Assembly (NCBI RefSeq): GCF_009914755.1
Contig: NC_060947.1
DNA: 64,000 bases
Direction: 5' to 3' (one strand)
From: the human T2T-CHM13v2.0 reference genome, Homo sapiens
The translations under genes and the position numbers were made by a program. The notes under the pieces are model-generated. The model was not told the origin of the DNA, ran no database searches, and worked only from the letters and a program-made list of their open reading frames with translations. Of the stretch, positions 1-12,705 are shown piece after piece; position 1 is the stretch's first letter, and the number at the start of each line of letters is the position of its first letter.

Positions 1-145
1 CCATGGACCCATCACCCAGATTCAACAGTTATCCAGATGGAGTCACATATGCTTTAGTTATCCCTTTTCTATTTTCCTTGACTGCAGTATTTTAAAGCAA
101 ATCCCGAACATCACGTCATTGTACTCCTACATCCTTTGATATGCA
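1..145 (-). mobile_element. Old L1 (L1MC4/5-like) 3' UTR fragment in APLN intron 1
   Basis: ccatggacccatcacccagattcaacagttatc...tattttaaagcaaatcccgaacatcacgtcatt resembles the antisense L1MC 3' end (recalled consensus). Confidence 0.6.
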
Positions 146-3100
146 GGATGACCCACTTGTGAGTACTAGGGAGCTCATATCTCGCCCCTGGGTGTCTCAT
201 CGGTGGTTAGGCATCTCTAGGGCGCCAAGTCCTCCCAGTGGATGGGGCTGGGCCAGGCGGGTTAAGGGGGAGAGGTCTCTGACTCAGCCTGCCTCATGCT
301 GTGACCAGATTTAGAGACCTGAGACCAGATTTAGAGACCAATAAATATTGCATGAATATTTGAGAATGAATAAATGAAACAATGGTCACCTTCAGCAGCA
401 TGTCTGTGCACCAGGAGGGGGGTGGGCTGTTGCAGTTGGTACCTCCCCACCAATGCCCTACCTCCTGAAATTCCCAGATCACACCCTGCATCCTGTGTCT
501 CATGTAAATTCCTTCCATTTCAATCCCAGCTGGCTTCTATTCTGCACTCTGGGGCTCCTCTTTACATCTGTCCACATCTGTCAGGAGGCTTAGAGTAGAG
601 GCCTCCTGACACCAGACTGAGCCCTGACAATGGAATCCAAGTGGTGCAGGGTATCCTTGGGTGCAGTGAGGGAAAAGGCATGCAGGCCGACTCTCGTGAA
701 GCCTGCAGTCCATGCAGGGAAGCTGAGCTGCCACCCCCAAGACAAGCCTGGCTGGTGGTGGCAGGCAGTGTGTGGAGATGAGATGGTGCTGGGGAAGAGG
801 CAGCCAGGCAGGGTACTTGTGCAATGTCCAGTACAGGCCTGTGCAGATACAGCATCTGAGGCCAGAGATAATGAATAACAGTCTCTCTCCCCCTGCACAC
901 CATCTGATTTGCCTGCATCTAGATCCCTGTCCCTCGAGCCCCATTGCCATCTACCCAGGAATTCCCACCACTTGCTCACAGTTTCCATAGAGCCTCCCAT
1001 TGGCTGCTCACACCCCAATCATACCCCTGGCAGCTCCCCCTTCCCCTCTGCCTCTGCCTCCAACATCCCCACGCTCTGTTCCTTCCTTGGCTCCTTGGTT
1101 TTTGTGAGTCCTCCTCTGCTTGCACACAATTTCCAAGTGTTCAGCCTCCTCTTGGGCCAAAAGTGGGTGGGTTTGGCCTTAGGGCCCTCTTCCCCCAGGC
1201 TTCTGAGCCTGCAGTTCTCCCCACTCACACCCAGACATACCCACCCCCTCCACACACACACACATAAACACATATTCTCCAAGCCTGCACCCTCCTTCCC
1301 TCTTTCCCCAAGAAAAATTGCCAGGCCCATGAGGACCCCGCTGTTGACTTGGGTCATTTGGTTAACTAGCCACACTTCCGTGCCAACTTATCCCTTAAAT
1401 TCATAACCTATGAGAATTAAAAGAAGAATTATCTTAGCACTTTGGAGCAGTAAGTATGGATGGAACAAGGGGGCTGCTTCTGTCTGACTGTCATAGAGCT
1501 ACCCTCTTGGCGCCATCTGTGAGGGGGCTGGGGCTGGAGAGGGAAAGGAAGGAAAGACCTTCACTAAGCTCCCCACTGCAGCTGCTTCAGCCTCTGCCTT
1601 GAGTTCTGGGGTCCCCACAAGGCTCACCCTGATCACTGAGGGCGGATCTGAATGATGCTGATAAGGAGCAGGGGAAGGACCTAGGGGCCTTGTGAAGTGA
1701 ACCAAGTCAACACTTGGCTCTCACCTCTGCACCTTCGACTGCTGGGGGTGCAGAAGGGATGGGGCAGTGGTGCAGGCCATTGTAGCTCAGGGTGGTGGCA
1801 GACATGGAGAAGAGAAGCATGGTGCCAGGAGGGGGAGGGCATCATCTCCAGGTGCTCAGATTGTGAGTGTCTGGCAGTCAGAAAGGGAGGGCTAGAGGCC
1901 ATATGTCAGGATGGGGAGCAGGGTTGGTGGCTCTGGCCAGGAAGATGTCTAGACTCTAGGTCTGCAGAGAAGAACCACTCTGAGCTGACTGAACCCCCAG
2001 CCGGGCCCTGGAGAGCAGCCCCAGGCTTCTTGCATCCCTCCCATTGCGTTGGGGACTCATTGTCCTCAGCATCACCGAGATCTGCTGGCTCCTCCCGCAC
2101 TCTGAGCCCGTCACCCACCTGTTTCCTACTTTTGATTCTGAGTCTGGCTCACCATCAGATAAGCTGACATCTGAAACCCTGGCTTTATGCTGTCCAAAGG
2201 AACAAATTAGAGGCTGTTGATTCTCATCACTGCAGAAGTCTTGACTGTAAAAAAGAATTCCCCTTTAGAAATGGAGGCCAGCCCTAATGCACTTAAATAT
2301 TTTCTTCCAGCTCATTTGCTACGTAAAAGGAGGCTGGAGCAATCCTCCAAACAATCTCGAGCCTAGAGAGATTGGAGCCATTGCCTGCTGAAGTGCCATC
2401 AGCCACGAAGCTACAACATCTCCACGCTGAGAACCACAGTCAGGGGGAGGACAGGATTTGACTTTCATGCTATCTGAACTCCAACCCTGCCAATGCACAA
2501 AGAGGTACTTGCGACTTTTCAGGAACATGCCAGTCTCATCAGGAATGACGCACCTGTTTTTCCTCTCTCAGTCTGGCCTGTCTTGTGATGACTTTAAAAG
2601 CCCAAACGTATGCTCCGGTGGGGACCCTGCTGGCAATGCCCCTCCACTGCTCTGTGGTCCTGCATGTGTCTCTTTGTCTGCCCAGCCCCCCATCCCAGTC
2701 GCCTTCTCCAGGGCCCTGTGCTGTCTCCAGTGCCAGCTTTGCTGCCCTGGGATACATCATGCTCTGTCTGGTGGCCCTCTGCTTCCCTTGCCTTAGTTCT
2801 TTGCGAGGAGAGGCCTGGCTCAGGTTACACGGGTGCTTAGTGCTGAGGACTGGGGATGGAGTAGAGATGCCCTTCCCTGAGCAGGAGGGGTACAGTAGGC
2901 TCTCCTCACACTCCCACTGTGACTGCAGGCTTTGAGCTGGGCCTGCGGAGGGGGAGGAGAAGGGGAAAAAGAGGGGTGCTCAGAGACCGAGGGACACTTG
3001 GCCCTGGACCAGGAGTTCTCAGACTCACAAGAGCAAAGTGTATCCCAGGTCAGGAGGCAGTGGAGGAGTGTACGTGGTGGTAGCGGGGTGATGAGAGGCA

Positions 3101-4850
3101 GCGTGGAGAGGGGTCGGGGGTGGACATTTCAAGTCAGGACAGACTGTGGAGAGGAGGAAGTGTGGTTTTCAGGCTGGAACTTTGACTGGGGACTCTGGCT
3201 GGGGACAGCATGCCAGTCCGGGCCAAGGACAAAGTGGTTCTGGGATTCCTGCTTCTAACCCAGGACAGGAGCCAGCGGGAGCAGGACATGTGTACCTGGA
3301 CCCTTGGCTGGTGGCCACTTCCAGGGACATGCCCTTCCTTGGCTCCAGGAGAAGTCAGGGAGTAGAGAAGTCAGTGAGAGCCCTGAAAGTTTCCAGCACG
3401 AGGCTTGAGCAAAATGTGAGGGCAACGAATTTATCCAAATCACAGTGGACAGATGACCTAATGAAGACGGGGGAATTAAAGCACGAAGTGGCAGGCTCTG
3501 GACCAGCCACATGGTGTTCGGGCATCCTGGCTGACTTCCCTTCCCTTGAAACCAGCTCTCTCCCCTTTGCTAGTACTGTCCCAATGGCTGGGACCCAGGA
3601 GGGTCTGAGTGGTTGTCTATTGGCCAGGGGTCTCCCCACAGCCTCTGGGGGGAGCACCAAGTGTGCAGATCCAGGAGCCCTACCTTCCTCTGGAACACTC
3701 TCTGCACCCAGTCTTCTTCTTCCCTGAAGGCACCACCCTGGACTATTTGCCTGTGGTGGTATTGTGCAAGTGTCATGCCTTGCCAATGACACCAGATGGT
3801 AGGCTCCCTGAGGATAGGCTGGTATGGTGTATCATTCGTATCTTACATTCGTATCTTTTGCTCCCTCTGTTACCTGCCTGACAGGAGTTTCTGTGGAAAA
3901 AGCCTACCCACTTCTTACTGTGGTGGTGGCTCACTTCGTGTTCAGGTCTTGAATAGAGAAATCACCGGCCAGCTACCTGGAGGCAGGAGGTGCCAGCCCC
4001 AACCACTGCACCTTTCTGAGAAGCCAGGCAGTGTTCCCAGAGCCACAGCAGGGCCAAAAAGCAAGAGCAGAGAAAGGAGGTGGCCTGCGATGAGAGGCAG
4101 GCAGAGCTGGCTGGGCCCCTCGGAGGCTCCTGGGCTGCATGCCATCCTCCTGTTCTGGAGGGTTTGGAACCACTTAGGGCCCTGTGCCCTTGCCCCAGGA
4201 AACTCACTGCCCTGCCTTCTCCTTCTTTCTGCTCCCACCTCCCTGTGACTCCAGCCATGGTCCTGGCGTTAGTCCACCTGGTCTTGGCCTTCCCCTTGTG
4301 TGGTGCCAGGCAGGCAGCAATGACAGCCAGATCATAGGACTGTGGCAGCTGGAGGTGGGAGCTGGCAGCCCCAGGAGACATTGACACAGAGGACAGGCAG
4401 CCTGGGATGGGGCTGCTGGGGCGTGGTTGGGGACCAGGCTAGGGGCGGACATGGGCACTAGTGCCAAGTATTGGCAGGTGAGGGCAAAAGGACTCCCCTT
4501 TCCTGAGCTGCAGGGAGGGGTCGGGTCAGGTGCTGTGCTTCCTCCTTTGGTGCCTAGCGGCAGGGAGACTAAAGTGAAGCATGTCCGTGCCTGGGACAGA
4601 AAGGAAGGCTGGAGCCAGGATGTAAGAGAACCAAGTCTCTGGGGGTGGGATGGAGGCTATGGGGAGGGCATCCTGTGCAGGGGAGGAGACCAGCCAGGAC
4701 CTTGGGGTTAGGGAGGAGAAGACCAGCCCAGCCCGGCTGGGCCCGGCCCTGCCTGGGGGAGGCTGCCTCTGCTCACACATGCAGGCCGAAAGGAGCAACA
4801 GCTGGGCTCCATGCCGCCACCCCCTCCGCGCACTCCTGCCTATGCAACAA

Positions 4851-4862
4851 GTGTCACGTCTG
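4851..4862 (-). promoter_or_regulatory. Candidate HIF-1 hypoxia-response element (GACGTGACAC) in APLN intron 1
   Basis: RCGTG core ACGTG at 4859..4855. APLN is known to be hypoxia-induced through an intron-1 HRE; that this is the exact site is my inference. Confidence 0.6.
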
Positions 4863-5351
4863 CATGTTGGCACATCATCCCCGGTTTCCCGCGCCCCTGG
4901 ACTGGCGGGAGGCTCCCAGCCTTCAGGGACCAGAAGACGTTCAACATGGGAGCCCAGCCCACTCGACTCTGGTCAGTTCCTTCCATCGATCCACGAGGGA
5001 GCGGGCATGTCCCCCGCCTCCACCTCTACCACGCGGGGTGCAGGGCGTGGGACACGCGGCGCACACCTGTGGTCCTGAGCTCCTGGGACTGCGAGCGACG
5101 GTTAGGAGGGACAAGGTGACGGGCAGGTGATGCCAAAGGCCGAGTTGAGCCCCGCAAAAGAAGCAGTCCTTGTGGCCAGCCGCCCCATGGCTCGGGGCGC
5201 TCTGTCAATCTGCTGCCTGGCGCTGGCCGGCGCGTGGCTGCTACTGCACGGCTCGCGCCGGGCTCCCCGGGAGGCGGGGAGAGTGCGAATAGGGCGGAGG
5301 GAAAGGAGCACGCCGGCTGCAGCCCGGGCGAGCGGGAGGGCGCGCACTCAC

Positions 5352-5418
5352 CTCCACACACCGCGGTCAAGGAGAGCCAGAGCAGCAGGAGCGCCTGCAC
5401 GCAGAGCCGCAGATTCAT
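5352..5418 (-). CDS. APLN: Apelin preproprotein, exon 1 coding part (22 codons + 1 nt; signal peptide MNLRLCVQALLLLWLSLTAVCG)
   Basis: Translation matches the human preproapelin N-terminus. ATG at 5418..5416 (A at -3), followed by a canonical phase-1 GTGAGT donor. Confidence 0.98.
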
Positions 5419-5744
5419 GCTGCTCCTTGGGCCGCCGCGGCCCCGGCGAGCCGGCGCGGGGGAGGAGAGGTCGGGCGCCCGGAGGCCAAGAAAGGCGCGA
5501 GCCGCGGCTGGCGCGTGCGGGCGCAGAGCTCGGGAGGCTCCCCGGCCGCTGAGTGTGCGCGCTGAGCCCCGCCGCTCCCGCTGGCCGCCTCCGCTCTTCT
5601 GCAGCCTCCTCTCCCGCCGCGGGGCAGCGCCGCGAAGCTGGCCTCGGCGGCTCCGGGAGCGGCAGCGGCGAGCTCTTTCTTAGCGGCTGGCTGCTCGGCC
5701 GCGGCTGCAACTGCCCGTGACCCCGGCTGCCAGAGAGAATGCTC
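5419..5744 (-). other. APLN: APLN exon 1 5' UTR (TSS approximate)
   Basis: GC-rich, AUG-free leader. TSS placed ~25-30 nt downstream of the TATA-like TACAAAA. Confidence 0.7.
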
Positions 5745-5764
5745 CCCGCTCACTCCAGGGGCTG

Positions 5765-5880
5765 CATTTTGTAGCTTGTGGCTTGGCCGCGAGCCCACTT
5801 GGTCATGTGGTCATCGGGAGGGCTAGAGGGGGGGCAGGAAGAGGGAGAGGGAGCGAGCCTCCCGCACCGCCCCCCTCCAG
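5765..5880 (-). promoter_or_regulatory. APLN: APLN core promoter: TATA-like TACAAAA (5773..5767), USF-type E-box CACATGAC (5809..5802), GC boxes (5861-5878)
   Basis: Motifs read directly. USF regulation of the apelin promoter is established knowledge as I recall it. Confidence 0.7.
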
Positions 5881-7029
5881 GCACGCACTCTGCAGCCCCA
5901 GCCCGAGCGTGAGCGCGAGAGGGAACCCCGAGGTGGCCCCACAACAAAGGCTGCGCGGCCTCTCTGACAACCTACAACCGCTCCCCGGACAATGCCCGCC
6001 TGGCCGGGGGCCAGAGGGTTTGCAGAGACCTGAAGGATTTCAAACACAGGAAGCATTTGGGGCGGTGGAGGGGCACACTTAACCCTTTCTCACCTTGCTT
6101 CCTTAACAGCTGTCAGGAAACCTGGGCGCTTAGGGAAGGACTCAGTCTGGGTTGCCTTCACTCACGCCCTCTACCTCTGACCCTGGTCCTTGCCCTTGCC
6201 GCTGGCCAGCTTCAAGGGTTTGGTCAAGACAACCAAACACTGGCCCTCCTCTCTCCTCTGCATTTTCAACTGGCTTTGAATTGGGGGTGACTGCCTAGGC
6301 TTGTGCCCAAGGCTTGATTAATTGCCCAGGCCCCTCATGTTCCCTGCATCCCCCAGGAGGCACCCTCTACCTGGAATGCCCCCACCCCACCCTTCCGTGA
6401 GCAATTCATTCTTTGCAGCAGCACCTCAAATCCCATCGCATCCAGAAGCCTTCTCAGGATAACACTAATCCAGCAGGGGCCGCCCATCAGCTCCTCCCCA
6501 CTGTTGGGACATGGGACAGCTCCTATGGTCTACCCTTTCTTGTTCCCTGGAGCTGTCCTCATTCTAGTTCCCCATCAACGTAAGAGGCAGGTGGTTTACC
6601 CAACTCCACACAGTCAAGGCTGGATTCATTTTGCGTGTACTTGCGATTCCGCTTTAGAAGCGGGTCCTGAAGTTGTTTGCCTTTCCAGACTCGATTGTTA
6701 GCTGCTTCTATAGCTTGGGAGCTCCCAAGGCATGGGGCTGCTTCCCTCATTGGACTGGGAACCCCCTAAGGTAGGATACTGTCTTCTCACTCTTCTGGAT
6801 CTCTCCAAAGTCCCCAATATCTTGCTCTGCACATAGGTGGCACTCAACACATATTAAAAGACTGAATCGAAAGGTGTCTCCACCTTTCAGCAAGCCAGGC
6901 AGTTTGCTTGAAGTGTTAAGTCCAGATTTACACAAAAGATACATTGGACAGGGTGCGTGTGTGCCATAAAAGACATGAGAGACCATGGCATATTTAAAAT
7001 ATCTTTGAAATGTTGCAAAAATCCTATAT

Positions 7030-7190
7030 ATACACAATGTATTTATTATCAGTCTCTCTCCACCAGAAGGGTTACCTCCACAAGGGAGGGATCTTTGCTT
7101 TGTTCACAGCTGTGTCCCCAGACCTAGAACAGTACCTGCGACATGACTGGTACTCAATACATAATTTTGAATATATAAATGAAATTTTCA
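7030..7190 (+). mobile_element. L2 3' end fragment
   Basis: ttgttcacagctgtgtccccagacctagaacagtacctg...tactcaata...aatgaa, typical L2 tail. Confidence 0.75.
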
Positions 7191-7399
7191 AAAACATCTT
7201 TACTGCCTAAATTCAGGTAGCAGGAAGGGAATAAGATAAGGTTCTCATTAATAGCCTATGGCCCATTAACCACACTCAAGTAAAAAAAAAAAGCATGTGA
7301 AGCATGGCACCCCTCTTCATCCTTGAGACCCAGGATATGAGTAGCAGACATGGGTAGCAGGAGACCATTCTCCCTTCACTGTTCCCCTGGAAAGAGTTT

Positions 7400-7761
<362 letters not shown>

Positions 7762-7789
7762 TAACCAGGAGGAGAAACACCTGGCTTCT

Positions 7790-7945
7790 AGTCTCCACCC
7801 TCATTTGCTGTAGGGCCTTGCCATCATCACCTAAACTTACTGGGGTTCATGGAGGTGATAATCTCTGCTCTACCCACTTCAAAGTTGTTATGGGATTAAG
7901 TGAGATAATGTGCCTGAAGGTACCGTGCAAATTAAGAATAAGCTC
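7790..7945 (+). mobile_element. MIR
   Basis: gttgttatgggattaagtgagataatg core. Confidence 0.6.
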
Positions 7946-8108
7946 TTGCAGGGTTGTTTTTAGGAAACTTGGTGCTCCAATCCTTGATTGGGCAAGCCCA
8001 TGCACACCCAAATAAGTGTCCCCCATAACTAGGTTAATAGAAGCCTTCATATTTAATTGCACCTTTACTAGGGTGTGTATGGCATATTGCTAAGTGGTTG
8101 GAACACAT

Positions 8109-8278
8109 AGCGCTTTCTAATACAATAGCCACTAATCATATTTCCAATGAAGTTTAAAATTCAGTTCCTCAGTTCCACTGGCCACGCTTCAATTGCCTAT
8201 ATGTGGCTAGTGGCTACTGTATTGGACAGCACAGAATAGAATCTTCAATCACTGCAGAAAGTTCTATTGGTTAGAGCA
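8109..8278 (-). mobile_element. MER3 (hAT-Charlie)
   Basis: aattcagttcctcagt...tgtggctagtggctactgtattggacagc...agaaagttctattgg. Confidence 0.8.
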
Positions 8279-8453
8279 TTCATTCATTCTTCTTTTTTCT
8301 ATAATCCATTTTCCCACCCTACCTAGCCTTCAAAATGTACAAGGTGAGGGGAAAAAAAGCATAAAAGCAAACCAATAGAAATTCAAGCCAAGCTGAAGGC
8401 ATGCGTTTAGAGTAAGATTTAAAGATCTGACACTTGGGAGAATCATTTTTTAA

Positions 8454-8805
<352 letters not shown>

Positions 8806-9292
8806 TAGTCCCAGATCCAAGATTTCATCTTTCTTTCTCAGGACACCCTTGCCCACAGTGACTTTGCCCTCTCCATAACAGCTATGGCTGTACCTGTCAT
8901 TGGTAGGTCCTCTCACAGTGCATCAGGAACACTTTTGCATCTGCACACTGTGCTCTACGGGCCTGCTGTAATTCTGCAGAGAGGACCCATCACCACCATA
9001 TCCATTCAGGGGTCAAGGCCCATGAGGCAAGGAACGCAGCTCTGATTGCCCACTCTGAACCCCTTGTAGGCTCCCAGATATCTTAATATCAGATTGAAAT
9101 GACCAGTTTTCGAATATCTGTATCTATTTGCCAGACTTTAAGGTCACTGCTGTGATAGCACCTAGCACAATGCCTGGCACATAATTGATACTTCATAACT
9201 GCCTGTCAGGTGAGCAACTGTCGGCCCAACACTGTGCTGTCTTTTGTTCAGGATACTATTGAATGAATATCAGCAGGATAAATGTTTTAAGG

Positions 9293-9817
9293 CATAAGTC
9301 TCCAATCCCTGGGCCATGGACCACTATGGCTCCCTGTTCTATTAGGAACCAGGCCTCACAGCAGGAGGTGAGCAGCAGATGGGCCAGCGAAGCATCATCT
9401 GTATTTACAGCCGCTCTCCATTGCTCCCATTACCACCTGAGCTCCACCTTCTGTCAGATCAGCAGTGGCGTTACATTGTCATAGGAGCACGAACCCTATT
9501 GTAAACTGCATGTGTGAGGGATCTAGGTTGCATGTTCTTTATGAGAATCTAATGCCTGATGATCTGTCACTGTCTCTCATCACCCCCAGATGGGACCATC
9601 TAGTTGTAGGAAAACAAACTCAGGGCTCCCACTGATTCTACATTGTGGTGAGTTGTAGCATTATTTCATTATATATTACAAAAAAAAAATAGAAATAAAG
9701 TGCACAATAAATATAATGCACTTGAGTCATCCTGAAACCATCCCTCCTAACCCTAGTCCATGGAAAAGTTGTCTTTCATGAAACCAATCCCTGATGCCAA
9801 AAATGTGGGGACCACTG
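9293..9817 (+). mobile_element. MER1A (hAT-Charlie), full length with 8-bp TSD
   Basis: 525 bp MER1A-like body flanked by TTTTAAGG (9285-9292) and TTTCAAGG (9818-9825). Confidence 0.88.
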
Positions 9818-10179
9818 TTTCAAGGTATTTCTCTGGAGATGGGAAGGAGGTACATGAAACTGTCCACACTCTCCTGCCCTGAGGCAGCAAGTAGCTGTAA
9901 AATTTCTGGAAATGTTGCTGCATTTGGGGCTCAGGACCTGTGGTCAGCAGCAAGACTCAGTTTCCAGTCAAGGTGAGGGACAATCCTGGGGGCAAGGGTA
10001 GGACTCAGTGCATTGTTGGGGACAGAAGTGAGATAGCTGACCTATGTGAGTTCAAAGTGTGACTTGCCCCCCTCATCAGAGCTATCCACATGCTATTCAG
10101 TTCTGCTTATTGTCCTATGTCACCACCAGCCACTGCTGTTCAGTTGACTCATCCACGTCTCTTGTGGGTTAAAGTGAAC

Positions 10180-11140
<961 letters not shown>

Positions 11141-11231
11141 ATGTTAGTTTTCTCCTCTTCCTGACCTGCTTCTCCCCCCACCTTTGGGTCTATCCTCTGG
11201 CCTTCTGAAACTGATCAGGAAGAAAGGGCTC

Positions 11232-11669
11232 TGATATGGTTTGGATCTGTGTCCCCACCAAATCTCCTGTAGAATTATAATCCCAAGTGTTGGAGGTGGT
11301 GTCTGGTGGGAGGTGACTGGATCATGGGGGCAGAGTTCTCATGAGACTGGGTAATTTATAAAGAAAAGAGTTTTAATTGACTCACGGTTCCACATGGCTG
11401 GGGAGGCCTCAGGAGACTTGCAATTATGGTGGAAGCCAAAGGGGAAGCCAGGCACATCTTACAAGGCAGCAGGAGAAAGAGAGAGGGAGGGGGAACTGCC
11501 AAACACTTTTAAACCATCAGATCTTATGAGAACTCACTCACTATCATGAGAACAGCATGGGGGAAACGACCCCATGATCAAATCACCTCCCACCAGGTCC
11601 CTCCCTCAACATGTGGGGATTACAATTCAAGATGAGATTTGGGTGGGGACACAGAACCAAACTATATCA
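11232..11669. mobile_element. Two MSTA LTR fragments in inverted orientation (11232-~11343 +, ~11344-11669 -)
   Basis: Starts tgatatggtttggatctgtgtccccacc and ends gggtggggacacagaaccaaactatatca. Confidence 0.85.
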
Positions 11670-11725
11670 CTGCCTAACCTCAAAGCCCACACTCTTTCCT
11701 CACTGAACATCAAGAAGCAGTTTCT

Positions 11726-11846
11726 CGGGAGGCTGAGGCCGGGGAATGGCGTGAACCCAGGAGGCGGAGCTTGCAGTGAGCCGAGATCGCGCCACTGCAC
11801 TCCAGACTGGGTGACAGAGTGAGACTCTGTCTCCAAAAAAAAAAAA
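11726..11846 (+). mobile_element. 5'-truncated AluY-like right arm with TSD
   Basis: gaatggcgtgaaccc...gcttgcagtgagccgagatcgcgcc. aagaagcagtttct is duplicated on both sides. Confidence 0.9.
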
Positions 11847-11934
11847 GAAGCAGTTTCTCACTTTTTGGGTCCACCTATCACTTTATTTGAACTTCTAGCA
11901 CCTAACTCATACTGTCTTGAATTAGGAAGCCATG

Positions 11935-12705
11935 AAGTACATAGTGGTTAAGCACATGGGTTCTAGAATAAGGCAGCTCTGTCTCTTACTACATAGGTAA
12001 CTTTGAGCAAATTATTAACCTTTCTGAGCCTTAGGTGCCTCATCAGAAAAAAGGGCTAGCACCTAGCTCCCATTGTTACTGAAAGGATTAAAAGAATCAA
12101 TACCTATAAAGTACTCGGCACTGAGTTTGGTTCTTATAGTAAGGGAAGCATTGTGTAAATGTTACATATTCCCATGGGTATTTGTATATATCTCTGACTT
12201 ATATGAGATAGTAACACTATGTCTTATTCGTTTTTATATTCTCACCAGCAGTGCTGTTGCCCAAAGCAAATACTCAATAAATGTTTGTTGAATGAAAGAA
12301 GGAATTGTATATTCTTGTTAATAATTGCTCTAGGTTTATGATCCATATCAAGTGTCTCTATTTGGGCAAAATCATCACAACTTGTCCAACTGGTTCTTAG
12401 ATGGGTCAACACTAACAGCTAACAGACATACACAAAGATGTGACCATCTTCCCTCTCCTCATTGTGTAGTAGTTGTTTTTACTGGATCAATGCAAAAAGT
12501 GGAGTGGGGAGAGGACATCTGAAGAAGGATGACCCTGGCCAGCAATCAGAGAGATTTCATAACAGCAAGAGCCCCAACCCCCTCATTATGCAGATGGAGA
12601 AACTGAGGTCCAGAAAGGAAAAGTGACTTACCCAAAGCTACACAGAAAGCTGGTGGCAAAGTCAGGACGGAGCCTAGGTTCAACTAAATCCCAACTCCTA
12701 TTTTT
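11935..12705. mobile_element. MIR (+, ~11935-12160), L2 tail (~12200-12300), MIR (-, ~12570-12705)
   Basis: MIR core motifs (ttaacctttctgagcct; gagaaactgaggtccaga) and L2 tail tactcaataaatgtttgttgaatga. Confidence 0.65.

Larger units (their letters stand above)
1..5351 (-). other. APLN: APLN intron 1 (continues beyond the window start; exon 2 not present)
   Basis: Begins with the GAG|GTGAGT donor at 5351..5346. I did not see exon 2 (GSLMPLPDG...RPRLSHKGPMPF) in the window or the ORF track. Confidence 0.93.
4720..6010. promoter_or_regulatory. APLN: CpG island over the APLN promoter, exon 1 and the start of intron 1
   Basis: Very GC-rich with dense unsuppressed CpGs (cgcg, gccgcgg), contrasting with CpG-poor flanks. 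Confidence 0.92.

Noticed and set aside
294-5130. Many 65-190 aa ORFs in APLN intron 1
   Set aside because: GC-rich stop-poor DNA, overlapping in all frames, mostly non-ATG starts, no recognisable domains
5026-5418. 130-aa ORF starting at the APLN ATG
   Set aside because: Only the first 67 nt are coding; the rest is read-through past the GTGAGT donor into intron 1
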